From NCBI GenBank assembly GCA_040954595.2, contig CM082580.2, positions 9,216,390 to 9,280,389 of the forward strand: a stretch of 64,000 nucleotides of DNA. The letters run 5' to 3'. The translations under genes were made by a program, and so were the position numbers. This DNA is from Balanoglossus misakiensis (Eukaryota; Animalia; Hemichordata). Position 1 is the stretch's first letter. Each line of letters starts with the position of its first letter. The notes beneath the pieces were generated by a model. That model was not told the DNA's origin. It did not search any database and saw only the letters and a program-made list of their open reading frames with translations. This document shows, in pieces, positions 33,820 to 47,400 of this stretch.

Positions 33820-34768
33820 TGTGTGTGTGTGGGTGTGTGTGGGTGTGGGTGTGTGTGTGGGTGTGTGTGTGGGTGTGTGTGTGTGTGTGGGTGTGTGTGT
33901 GTGTGGGTGTGTGTGGGTGTGTGTGTGGGTGTGTGGGTGTGTGTGTGTGGGTGTGTGTGTGTGGGTGTGTGTGTGGGTGTGTGTGTGGGTGTGTGTGTGT
34001 GGGTGTGTGTGTGTGTGGGGGGGTGTGTGTGTGGGTGTGGGTGTGTGTGGGTGTGTGTGTGTGGGTGTGTGTGTGTGGGTGTGTGTGTGTGTGTGGGTGT
34101 GTGTGTGTGTGGGTGTGTGTGTGGGTGTGTGTGTGTGTGGGTGGGTGTGTGTGTGTGGGTGGGTGTGGGTGTGTGTGTGTGTGGGGGTGTGGGTGTGTGT
34201 GTTTGTGGGTGGGTGTGTGTGTGTGGGTGTGTGTGTGTGTGTGTGTGTGGGTGTGTGTGTGGGTGTGTGGGTGTGTGTGTGTGTGTGTGGGTGTGTGGGT
34301 GTGTGTGTGTGTGTGGGTGGGTGTGTGTGTGGGTGTGTGTGTGTGTGTGTGTGTGGGTGTGGGTGTGTGTGTGGGTGTGGGTGTGTGTGGGTGTGTGTGT
34401 GGGTGGGTGTGTGGGTGTGTGTGGGTGGGTGTGTGTGTGGGTGTGTGTGGGTGGGTGTGGGTGTGTGTGGGTGTGGGTGTGTGTGGGTGTGGGTGTGGGT
34501 GTGGGTGGGTGTGTGTGTGGGTGTGGGTGTGGGTGTGTGTGTGTGGGTGTGTGTGTGTGTGTGGGTGTGTGGGTGTGTGTGTGTGTGGGTGGGTGTGTGT
34601 GTGTGGGTGTGTGTGTGTGGGTGTGTGTGTGTGTGGGTGTGTGTGTGGGTGTGTGTGTGTGGGTGTGGGTGGGTGTGGGTGGGTGTGTGGGTGTGGGTGT
34701 GTGTGTGTGGGTGTGTGTGTGTGTGGGTGTGTGTGTGGGTGTGGGTGTGTGTGTGTGTGTGTGGGTGG

Positions 34769-34799
<31 letters not shown>

Positions 34800-35290
34800 T
34801 GTGTGTGTGTGGGTGTGTGTGTGTGTGTGGGTGTGTGTGTGTGTGGGTGTGTGTGTGTGTGTGTGGGTGTGTGTGTGGGTGTGTGTGTGGGTGTGTGTGT
34901 GTGTGGGTGTGTGTGTGTGTGGGTGGGTGTGTGTGTGTGTGTGGGTGGGTGTGTGGGTGTGGGTGTGTGTGTGGGTGTGGGTGTGTGTGTGTGGGTGTGT
35001 GTGTGTGTGTGGGTGTGTGTGTGTGGGTGTGGGTGTGTGTGTGGGTGTGGGTGTGTGTGGGTGTGTGTGTGGGTGTGTGTGTGTGGGTGTGTGTGTGTGG
35101 GTGGGTGTGTGGGTGTGGGTGTGTGTGGGTGTGTGTGTGTGTGTGGGTGTGTGTGTGTGGGTGTGTGTGGGTGTGTGTGTGTGTGTGGGTGTGTGTGTGT
35201 GTGTGGGTGTGTGTGTGTGTGGGTGTGTGTGGGTGTGTGTGTGTGGGTGTGTGTGTGTGTGGGTGTGTGTGTGGGTGTGTGTGTGTGTGG

Positions 35291-35321
<31 letters not shown>

Positions 35322-35382
35322 TGTGTGTGGGTGTGTGTGGGTGTGTGTGTGTGTGGGTGTGGGTGTGTGTGTGTGTGTGTGT

Positions 35383-35469
<87 letters not shown>

Positions 35470-38400
35470 TGGTAAGTATTCCTGCATGGGCTTCACACTG
35501 ACAACTAAAGAACGCAAAAACTGACATTTCTTTCCTATTCCATGTTTTCTTCGCAGGCAGCAGCAAGCTTGTTCCCGAACAAGGCACTGTTGTGGGTGAC
35601 AAGTGCGTCGTCACGGAAACACTGACTGGTCAGAAAGTCAGCCTGCAACTGGAGGTAAAATGACCATAAAACATGTCACATAAATATCTGAACCCAACGA
35701 TAATAATTTTTATTTTCAAATTTTAATGGTTTTGTATGTTGAATTTCTACTTCTCTGCGTAGAACTTTAAAGTCAACTAACTTTGAAGTCAACTGACTGT
35801 CCAAATAACTCTCTTTGGTTGCAGACAGGCAATGTGTACCACTTTGACATCTTCTTTGTGGAGCGCGAAGGCTGCAGCTCGGCGTTCTACATGGAGACCC
35901 AGGGAGTGGCGTTCATAGACTCTGACGTGGAACCGCCCTTGGACTACCTGAGTCTGCCCGATGAAGATCTGTACATAGATGCCATCCTGGAGACCCTGGC
36001 CCTCACCGATGCCTTCTCTACCGGCCCCAGTTACAATGTCACCATCATTGAAGGCAAGCCTATATTTACCATTTGTGTGGTGCAGAATATCTGTGTCAAG
36101 TACTAGCTTGGGATAATCATCTTGTATGGTAGTTGTCTTCTTGTACACATAGACCCGATTTTTAAAACAGCTGGTTAGGGCATCTTTGACGTGATTTGGT
36201 AAACAAAGTCCTTGGCAACTAGTTCCTCCAAATTAACCAGATATTACCGTAACTTTAAGTTGTAACTAGCCACCATTGTGACTTTCCAGGGAACGAAGCC
36301 AGGCACTTCACCATCAAGGAAGACACCACTCCCAACAGAGATGCTGGCGAACCACCAACCACCACATCGCCACCGCTGACAGACACCGTCAATGGAACAA
36401 CTTTCTACCTCTGCACTGGCCCAACGGTTGTCTGTACGTATTTACAATGTGATCTTCTAATTTGTTATCTTTGTTGGAATTGACGACTTTGTTGGAGTTT
36501 TGACAAATTTTATTCATTTATTTTAGTGTGTCCCCCCACCCACAAACTGGGGATTTTTTACAGTTTTGGCCTAAGTCCTATTTATTGTCATGTTTGTTTT
36601 TTCTCAGCGATTGAGTCATCAGTCTCTGGGGGTCAGGAGTTCACCATTACCACGGATACAGCATTGTTTACCCTGGATACGGCCCTGGATTACGAAGCAG
36701 CAACTGAGTACATAGTGGTGATTGGGGTGGTTGACACCAACGCTTCTCCAGCCCGGACTGGACAAATCGTTGTCAAGGTAGGTCATGGAAAGGTCAAAAG
36801 TTAGACTGTGAGGTTTAAGGTTATACAGAGGTAATAGTGATACTGCTCTGAGGTTCTATTTTCTTCTTTGATTTTAAAAAGACACCTCACACATTACTCC
36901 AATATAGCATATAGCAAAGTATTGGAAGATTTGGAAGACTATCATTTTACTAAAAATCTCTTCCCAAGGTGTGTGTGTGTACTGTCTTTAATTTTTTTAT
37001 GACTGAGTGACATATTGTGTTTTTGCCTTCCTTGAAACAGGTCCAAGTTCAAGACATCAATGACAACTGCCCCGTGCTGAGTAACTCCACCTTCAGCCTC
37101 TATCCACAGCCAGTGTTACAGTTTGGTCCTCTCTTTGAGGTCAATGCCACTGACCTTGACTCTGGGCCAAGTGGGCAGATCACCTACCATGTCTCAGAGT
37201 TCATCGAGCGGTAATGCTAAAATTCAAGCCTTTGTTTTTTTCCTGGTTCATTTTCACGCAAATTTTCATGTATTAGAGAAATTGAAAAAAATCTACCACA
37301 GACATTGTCATCCTGTATCTTTGTTAAAATATGATTTTCTTAAGATATTAAAATTTATGTTCACCTGGAATATTCTTTCGAACTCTGCCAGACTATGTCA
37401 GCTAATCAGCGAGTGAGTCACAACCAGAGCCAAATGCACCCAAACCAAAAAACTCGCCCATCATCCCTCCATCATCTTATCCTGTCGATTCTTGTTTTTT
37501 CCAGTTACCACAGCAATGACACCAGCATCCTGGAGTTCACCCTGGCAGCCATAGATGGCGGCACGCCCACCAAAGGTGACACTGCCACCGTGGAGATCAT
37601 TCTGCACAATAGCTGCCTGTACGACACCAGGGAGTGGCCTGTTGAAGTGGAGGTGCTGACCGGATACACGTCCGGAGAGGTCTACCTCAGGGTACCCAAG
37701 TACTACATGCTGGAGTTTTGTAAGTTGTTCGCTACATGATTTATTTGTCATCAGATCCAGTGTTATTAGTGGAGTGCATTGAGTGCATTGCTAGCAGTGG
37801 TACTATTAAATTTATGTTTTATTACAGTCAGATTAGCCATTTGTATTCTTCAAACATTTTTTTCAATTTTCTCAGACTTTTTGTGAATTAGAAACATCTT
37901 CATCTTAAGTAAGTGTTGTTACGATGAAATGAACAATAATTAAACCTGCACCAAAACATCCCCAGAAATGTTCAGTGTTCGTTTTGCTAGAATCACTTGA
38001 TCTGATGCGCCATGCTGTGTTTCTCTTCAGATTGTCAGCTGGAGCTTGGAATGAGAACCTACGTGATCCGTGACGAGCAGTTAGATGCGTCCTCTGAACT
38101 CAATGATGAGTTTGGCATGCACAGAGCAAGGCTTACCATCACCAGGGACGATACCATACCTGCAGGGACAGGTGAGGAACATGCCGGACGTTACAGAGTC
38201 TCTGATTGGTCAGATATCTTTGCCTGACTCTCTGATTGGTCAAATCTTTGTGTGGGACCAGTCTGCAGAAGTCGTACATAAGATACGACCAATTGAGATG
38301 CTGTTGCAAGTGTGATCAAGTGAGACCAACACATGTTGATCATCCAACATGTCTGAAATTGTAGCAAAAATATTGTGGAATCGACAAATATTTTTAAATG

Positions 38401-41400
38401 GCAGTATTTCACAAAGTCACTCAGTGTAACTTTTATTGAGAACTTGTGCAAGGTAATTTTGATACAATTGAAGATGCATGAGAGGTGTAAATATTCCTCA
38501 GTACTCTAGTATGGCCTGTGATACTTTCAATCTTGATTTGGAACTTTTTTAAATGTAAGCATTCAGCAGTTGAATAGCTGTAGGTACTTGGTCTGTGACA
38601 ACCCCAGTCAAAGAAGGGTAATTATTATATTAACAAAACACACCTGGGCCAGCACGTGATTGGCCAATCAACAACTGTTGACCTGTTCACCACTTAGGTT
38701 GGGTGCCAGCGACTTCGGACAACAATCAGTGGTTACTGGTCGACATGAATGAACCGCACATCTTCACTGGCGTTGTAACCCAGGGCAACCCAGACAAGAA
38801 CTTCTGGGTGGAAACCTACAAAGTCCAGTACAGTGGTGATAATTCCACGTGGCAGACAGTGCAGAGTGGAGGATCTGATGCTGTGAGTTGACGTCATTTT
38901 TTCCCTTTCAATTCAGAAAAACAGGAGAGAGAGAGTTCAGATAAAAAAATTTACGATCTTATCTGCAATACGGATAACTCACAATCCTTGTTACATTTCA
39001 ATGTTATTTAATTTTTCAGGTTTTTACCGGTAACTCTGACAGTAATGGATACAAAAGAAATATTTTCGAGTCACCAGTGACAGGACAGTACATCCGCATC
39101 CGTCCACAAACATGGAATGGCGGGATCGGATTGAGAATGGAAATTATTGGATGCACCCCGGCCAGACAACTTCTGCGTAAGTTCATCACTTTTACCTCTA
39201 ATTGTACACTGACATCTCGGAGACCTATGTGTACTAGTATGACATCATTTGGAAGTTTTCTCCTAAGCCAGGTTCAAATTAGGATTGACAGGGGTTAGTG
39301 TGCATTATAAGAGAATGGACGGATTTTCCCCCTGATATAATATTAAAATATTAATGTTCGAATGTTGACCCTGACCTCTTTTGTCACAGACGACACTGAA
39401 TGTGTGAGATGTGAGACCACCTTTTACTGTCTTGGAGATGGGATTCAGCGTCCATGTGGTCGGTGTGACCCTCCGGACAACAACTGCGACAGGTCTTCTA
39501 GTGAACACTCCTTCGGACATGCTTCTGAGTGCAGCCCATGTCCAGTTGGTTGGGTAAGTCGTGAAATTTAGACAGACAACTCGAGCAATTCAAAGCAAGC
39601 AACCATTTTTCCAACAACAACAAAATTACATGATCATGGCTGAAACACATGTACATGTAAATGGACTCTTTCGTAGGAATTTGGCAAAGAATAGTAATCA
39701 GTGATTTGGATGTCAGTGTTCAGAATAGGGAAAGTGTAGATTCAACAAACAGTACAGAAACTCTGACATTTCAAATTATTATCATTTAAATATTCAATTT
39801 GTGATTGTTGAAAGTGGCAAATGAAGTGATTCTTGCACATGTTTGATGGCTGCCAGGGACCGAATCTTGAATTCCTCCAGTTAAAAACTGAAATGTAAAG
39901 TCCTTCTTTGCAAAAAACAAATGTGTTCATTTATATTTATTGTCCAAACGCTTGTTGTCATCTCTAGTTATGTGCAGACGGATACGCCACCAAGTGTCCC
40001 CTGTACCACCATGCTCATTGCAACGACTCGTCCCCGTGTCCAGCCACCTGCACTCTCTGTGAAGCGGGTACGGCGTGTTTCAACGGAGTGCCAAGTGTGT
40101 GTGGACCGGGATCATACTCCAGGGGCTACGACACAGGTATGTGAACACCGGCCGATGTGTTTCGGATGTTGTTGGTCTGATTTGTGCAGTGGATGCAATT
40201 TTTTGTAGGTTGAATTTTTGTGATAAATGATTTGGTTGACAAGTGTAGTTGGAACGGCGAGCTGACAAAACGGCACAACACAACAGACAACCAGCCAACC
40301 AACACAAAAACAAACAAACAAATATATAAACAAACAAAACAGTAGCAAAAGACAACAACACATATATAGTACTAGAAGGGCACATGCCAAACGAAAATGA
40401 AGGTGGCTTTGAAATGACTCATCAATGAACAAAGGCAGATCCTCACAACAGTAAGAATTACGCTTTCAGGCACATGGTTTCAGAACAACCCCTTCCAGTT
40501 TTCAGCATTTCCGTTAATTTTGTATTTTTTCCCCCTCTCCATCAGAACACTGTATCCTGTGTGAGCCCGGTTCCTTCAACAACCTGACAGCTCAGCCGGA
40601 ATGCCAGTGTTGTCCGTCTGGCTACACCAGCACCAGATCCAAAGTGGAGTGTTCCCCCTGTGAGCCCCACGAGTGGTCGGCTGGCGACTGTACTCTGTGT
40701 CAGTCGTGCACGAACGTCGGAGTCTGTAAGTACTGGATAGATTCTGTAACTTTTGACTATTTTTTTCAGTGTTTTAGTTCTGTGGTTACCTGTTCATGCA
40801 GTTCTGTACTGCAGGATAGCTAGTACAGTGAAACCTGTCATTATGGACACCTCACTAATCAGGAGACCTCAGTAAGAACAGAATTTTCAAGGCAAAAGTC
40901 TTGGTTTGAATAGAATATATCCTGTCTTTTATGGACACCTGTCTATTAAAGACAGAACTTTTTTGGTCCCAGAGCTGTCCTTTAGTAATAGACAGGTTTC
41001 ACTGTATTTTATCTTCTCAATATAGTCCATGTACAAATTGCTGTCATTGTCACTGTTGCATCTTTAGTCAGTGTAAAATCATGTCTCCTGTTGCGTGGAC
41101 AAGATAGCCTGTAGTGGAAGCATGCTTGATGTGGTTGAATGTCATGTGCATTTGTATATTGTGATATCCTGACTGACTGGTGTATTGTGTATGTTGCAGG
41201 CCCGTGCATGGCTGAACCCAGTCCTTGCTTTGACGACACTGTGGTCTGTGTCAACACTGGAGGTGGAACGTATCTGTGTGAAGGCTGTCCCAATGGATTC
41301 ACGGGAGATGGTGTCAACTGTAATGATATTGATGAGGTGAGTAGGTACATGAAAGCTGGTCTCAAGACAGATGTGTAATGGAGCGAGAGTGGGGAGGGGG

Positions 41401-44400
41401 GGGGGAAGGAAGAATTATCAAAAATACAATTTCCAAACTTTTGATATTTGACATACATATGGGCAACTTTATTACAGATTCCATTGATAAAAGTCAGGTT
41501 ATAATGTCTAAACTTGAAAAAAGTAAAAACTAAATACAGTCTGTTGGTTAAGAATTGAATTTGAATTACTTTCAAAATTCTAAAATTATACCTCTTCCAT
41601 TGTAGTTGCTGGAAAGAATCAGTGATCCCCTAGTCATATTTTAAACAAAACTGAAAACGCTGTGAACATTTTTGCCCACAAAAATAGAATGTATACATGG
41701 GAAAGTTGGGGTTTCTCTGATCAGAACTACAAGAATAACAAATGCCATAAAAAACAACCAAAATATTCTCACCCCCAACCCCTGTATGAGATAAAATGCT
41801 ACTTTGCCTCATATGGTAAGAATTGTCTTCGTGCTTCTATCAACTTGTGAAGTCACTGAAGGCAAGAAATGCAAATCAAGGTCTTTGGTAGTTTCGTAAA
41901 AGTGGTTTAAGTGTCACTGTTGAAACACTTTGATGCAGTTGTCTGTAACGTCAGCTACAACCACCCTGCAGGGTATATCATCCGTCAGTGCTATGCCATA
42001 ACAGTTCGCTCTGTCATCATCACTGTCGATACGACAGACAAACTTACCACCAGTCTCAAACTTCAATATACCGGAACCGTCAGTGCTAACATACACATAT
42101 TTATCGTTTTCTGTGGCTATCCCTCTTGGGCGTCTTAATGCGCCATCTTTACTCTTACAAGGGAAAGAATACAAATACTGGTCATCTGAATCGAATTCCT
42201 GGATATTTTGGTTGGCATTGTCTGCTACATATACCATCCCATTGCTTCCCACGTCTATTCCACAGGGCAAGTGGAATTGCCCTTGACCTTCACCCTCTGA
42301 CCCAAATGACCTGATATACTTCCCATGTTGTGCATAAATCCTGACACAATATGCACCTTTGTCTGTTACATAGACATTGCCATTGACATGGCTGACAGAT
42401 ATCCCCCATGGATCTATCAGCTCATTTTCTCCAAAGCATCTGATTAGACACCCATTCTGATCACTGACAACTACTTGTTTGTTCTTACTATCCAAATTTA
42501 AGTATGAATTATCACTTGATATAGCTAAGTCGAGTGGAAAAAAAGGCTGGCTAAATTGTGTAAATTTCAAGATTTTCTTTACAGTGCCCTTTTTGGTGAT
42601 TATTTGCAATCTTTGATTACTAGTATCAGCAACGATAATGTCACTGCCTTTGTTTATTGCCACACTTAATGGTTTGTTGTACTGTCCCGAATTACTTCCA
42701 TGACTGCCAATGTCTTTCAACAATCTATTAAAGACAGGTATGATGACTTTAGAGCCTGGTATTGGCTCATCTCCTATTGTAATGGCAACTTGATATGTAC
42801 CATCCACATGTCCAGTCACTGTCACTCTGTGTGTACCATCTCTGTTGTCGGACACGTTGATGTCTTCCCATTCCCATAATCCACAAGGTTCTTTTATCTG
42901 AGCTTTCACATTTTGTTTTGGTATGACCTGTTGTCCAGTGGAATCTCTGGTTGTGATCAGCAGGTCTACAGAGTCACCTTTCCAGAGCTGCTTTGGAACA
43001 TTTTCAACTGTACACTTTGAGATACAGATGTCAGATTTCAGTAATCCCAGAACTCCATGCTCACAGAAGTCAAGGCCCTGTTCGAAGACAACTTCTTCTT
43101 CATTATGTCGCTGTGGTTTAACGATTTCCGTGGTGATAAGTTGCTTGATGCGCTGTTCCGCATCAGTCTTAGTGGACAGAAGTTGAGCAGCGTTCCCATG
43201 ATGCAACAGTGTTTCAATGTAATTGCATGTGCCCTTGATGTTCCCATGTTGCAAATCCAACTCCTCTACGTCCGCGTTTGCCATTTTGATTTTCATTTGG
43301 CAACTTTTGTTCAGCTCGTCCACCAGTCTCTGCTGTTCTCTCTGTATTTTGCTGATGATTTCCTCTGCTCTCATTTGCACCCTGCTTACTTCTGTCTGGC
43401 AGTGCTCCGTGAGATCCCCGTGTATCTCCTTGGCTAGATCTTTGCTCATTTCAGCTTCCCGCTCCTTCGCTTTCACTTTGTCAACCATGACTCTCAGCTC
43501 CTCGCGATATTCATCTGCTGCATCTTTCAAGTCTCTGTGCACGTGTTCCGGTACGCGGTGCTTGATTATTGTGCAGTCTGTGCAGACGGGCTCCTGACAG
43601 GTTTCGCAGTAGAACTTGATGGCGTTCTCTGCGTGGACGCCGCAGTATTCCACCACCGCCAGCGACGTGACAGGGCCCGTTGACTGTGCGGTTTTGTATT
43701 CTTCGATGGTCATGAGTTTGTGTGTCCGAGTGGCTGAGAGATTGCGGTGTACCCTAACACAGCTGTCACACAGATAATCTTTGCACTCCACGCACCTGTG
43801 AGTGGCTGTATTCTCTCGGCAACCTTCACATTTGATCTCGGCGCTCAGCACGGACTCGTGGCCAGATCGTTGCTTGAATGCTTCGACAAGATTCGCCATG
43901 AAGAAGTTTCCCTTTAAGCTTGGCACCTGTCCAGGAGGAAGTTCGTATCGCTGTCTGCACTCCGGACAGTCCAGAGATCCTGTCTTTTCAACCAGGGTGA
44001 CTAAACACTGCTGACAGTATGTATGCAGACACGGTAGAACTTTGGGAGTTTTAAACAGCTCCAAACAGATGGTACAGCTCAGGAAATCTTCACCGATTTC
44101 TTTCAGAACTCTGCCTTCACCGCCAGTCGCCATTTTGTGTATAGAGTATATATATATACGTACGTGTCACATCCGAGAGAAACAGAAAGTCGTGGTTACA
44201 GAGCCCCTATCTTCCAATTATAAAGACAGTTTCAAAGTACTAAGTGTGTGATCAGTTGATATAACCTGCATAACAACAAATAACCCGAATAAGATGTGAC
44301 TAACCTAGGAGTGCTTTCCTGTCTATTGAGCGTTTCGTTGGAATTGTAAATGGTCCGAGGTCAGACTAGGTCATCTCCACAACAATGCTAGTGCAGGCCT

Positions 44401-47400
44401 GAATAGAACTGAAGAATGGCCGTATAATTCAAATCGTTAACAGCTACTCCATTGTATTAAAAGTGAAAATGAATTTTTGCTCCGATTTTGGGGGTATTTT
44501 TGGAACAGTTTTTGTCACTTTTCACACACCCCTCCCCTTAAATGTACTCACTGAAATGACTGGCCTTATTGCTTTCAAATTTGTTTGTATGTCCTAAGAT
44601 TACTCTCTAATAAACATTGTGCAACATTATGGTAAAAATGTCTAATACAATTAATTGCTTTCTCATTATAACATGGCAATCACTGAATATCTGTTTTCAT
44701 CCACTGACAGGTACATTCTCATGCATGTGAAAATGAAAACAGAAAATGTTATTAGAAAAGCTACTTTGAATAACACAAATCAAACAAAGAACTGTGTGTT
44801 TATGTGCCGTGCATTTATGGGTCATTGAAATGATCAGTCATCTAAATCCTTACATTTCACCAAATCCTGCCAATTAATGAAATGACTAGTTGACTGACAA
44901 AATACTGACACAGCACAATGTGATATTTATCTTTTAGTGTGCATATCACAATCCGTGCTGGGACCAATCTACCTGTGTGAATTTGTCCCCTGGATTTGAA
45001 TGTGATGGTTGTCCGGACGGCTTTGAGGGCTACACTCCCCACGGCATTGGCTACGAAGATGTCATGGCTGGCGATCAGGTGGGGATTGTGTGAAGATAAT
45101 AGAGTGTTCATCACTGATTTAATTTTTCGGCATAGAGATAACACAGAGATTCAGGCTGCCTTTTTGAATTTCAAATTTGAGACGATTTTACAGCAACACC
45201 CAACACCTGTCTCTCATCCAACAGAATTGCACCGATGTTGATGAATGCAGTAGAGGAAACAATGCCTGTGACCAGCTCTCTGTCTGCACGAATACCATTG
45301 TAAGTAGACGTATGGAAACACTTTGTAGTTGTTTATCATGCAGCTAAGTCGACACCGTGGTTAAAACCAAGTGCTTTTCGCTTGTGTGTGACTTTTCAAC
45401 TTTGCTGATTCAGTTTTACAGTACATTATTTTGAAGAGAACATTTCCATATTATTTTCCTGCACTTTTCAGGGTAGCTATGTATGCGGTCCATGTCCCTA
45501 TGGATACCTTGGCAACGGTTACGTGGGCTGCATCCCCGGCGATTACTGCGAGCTCGGCCAAAATAACTGCAACGAAAATGCAGCTTGCATATCCACGGGG
45601 CCAGGCACATTTATCTGCGAGGTACGGCTGTGGATTGAATTCTGATCTCAGGGTGTATGTCTGGGTGTGTGTCTCAGTATGTGACCATTTGTCACAGTGT
45701 GTGACTGGGTATTTATCTCACTGTTTCTGTGTGTGCTGTAGTTTTGTATATATGTTTATTTGTATCAGACTGCACGGTTGTTTTCTCAGTCATGTTCGTT
45801 TCATGGTGGATATGTTTTGGCTCAGTGTGTGCGTTTTCTCTATGGGTATTCTTGCACATTCAAGAGTTCTCTTATGTCTTTTACAGTGTAACGATGGCTA
45901 CGCTGGAAATGGTGTTTACTGCAAGGAGGACACGGATGGAGACGGTTATCCCGATGAGGCTCTGTTCTGTAACAATGAAGGCTGCCAGGCTGACAACTGT
46001 GTCGATATTCCCAACAGTGGACAGGAAGACAACGACAACGACAAGAAGGGAGACATCTGTGATACTGACGATGATGGAGACGGTCTTTTTGATGTCGTGG
46101 TAAGTTTAGAACCGTGATCGATTTGAAATCATTTTACATTTTATGTAGAAGCATCATCTGTATTGATAGTCTGTTTGCTAATTAGCAACATACTTCATCA
46201 TTGTCATATTTTTTCTTAATGTACATTCCTGACTGCTGATATAATATACATGTAGTACCAGTGAGTAGTTAAAACTGGCATATTTTGAGTAATGTTTTGT
46301 TTCACCTTGAAATGTAGGATAACTGCCCCTTCGTCAAGAACTTTGACCAGGCGGATGCTGACGGCGATGGCATTGGTGACGCGTGTGACAACTGTCCCAG
46401 TGACGTCAACCCTGATCAGCTGGACACTGATGGTGATGGTGAAGGTGATGAGTGTGATACTGACGATGATGATGATGGTAGGTCTTGAAGTCTTGAAGCA
46501 CCTATCTTATGTAGACAGTGATTTGCTAAGGCACTTATACTGAATACTGAACTTTTGTTGGCTAGTCATCCCCAATAGCAAATCATGTTGACCCTTGGTC
46601 TTATGTACACACAAGGAAGCATTCCCTCTGAGACAATGGTTTCAGTATGTGACACTGAATAGCATGCAAAAAGAACCCATCCCCTACCACAAATACTGTG
46701 AAACCACAAATGTCTGGCACAGCTCAACACAAGGCACACAGTTATCTGTAATTTCACCTGAAACACTTTATTTTCGCCAGGTATTTCCGATGCAGCACCT
46801 GATAACTGCGTACTGATCGCCAACAGCGGCCAGGAGGATTCTGACGGCGACGGCGTCGGGGATGCCTGCGACAACTGTCCAGATGATGCGAACACCGACC
46901 AGCAAGACAGCGATGACAATGGATGGGGTGATGTCTGCGATGACCCCTATGGCACAAACAAAGACAGGTACGATGGCAGATTGTCTAGCTCTTCAGCAAG
47001 CCAAGTTGGCTTTGAAGATGAGAAAAACATCAGTATTCCCTCAGTGATTTGAGATGAATTGCCAAGAAATTCATATTCCATGATTTCTGATCATTATTTT
47101 TTTCCCATACAGGGACGGTGATGGAATCCCGAATTCCGTGGACAACTGTGAGAATGTTCCCAATTCGGATCAGCTGGACACTGACGGCGACGGCGATGGA
47201 GACATGTGTGATGATGACAAGGATGGAGACGGAGTGCCAGATAGCTCGGATAACTGTCCGCTCGTCTCCAATCCATCACAAACAGATCTAAACGGTGAGG
47301 ATTGTTTTTTGCTTTCTATGTCGTGAATCTATGAAATGAAGTGATAACTACTTAAGTAACAAATTTTGCCACATTACTATGGGAAGTAGCTAATCAGAGA

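Noticed and set aside
32771-35614. Five 825-940 aa ORFs rich in V/C/G/W or H/T/P
   Set aside because: Translations of the stop-free GT microsatellite. Only 32821-32993 and 35557-35654 are real exons.
38198-38250. Direct repeat TCTCTGATTGGTCA..ATCTTTG, two copies
   Set aside because: Small local intronic duplication with no further support for function.
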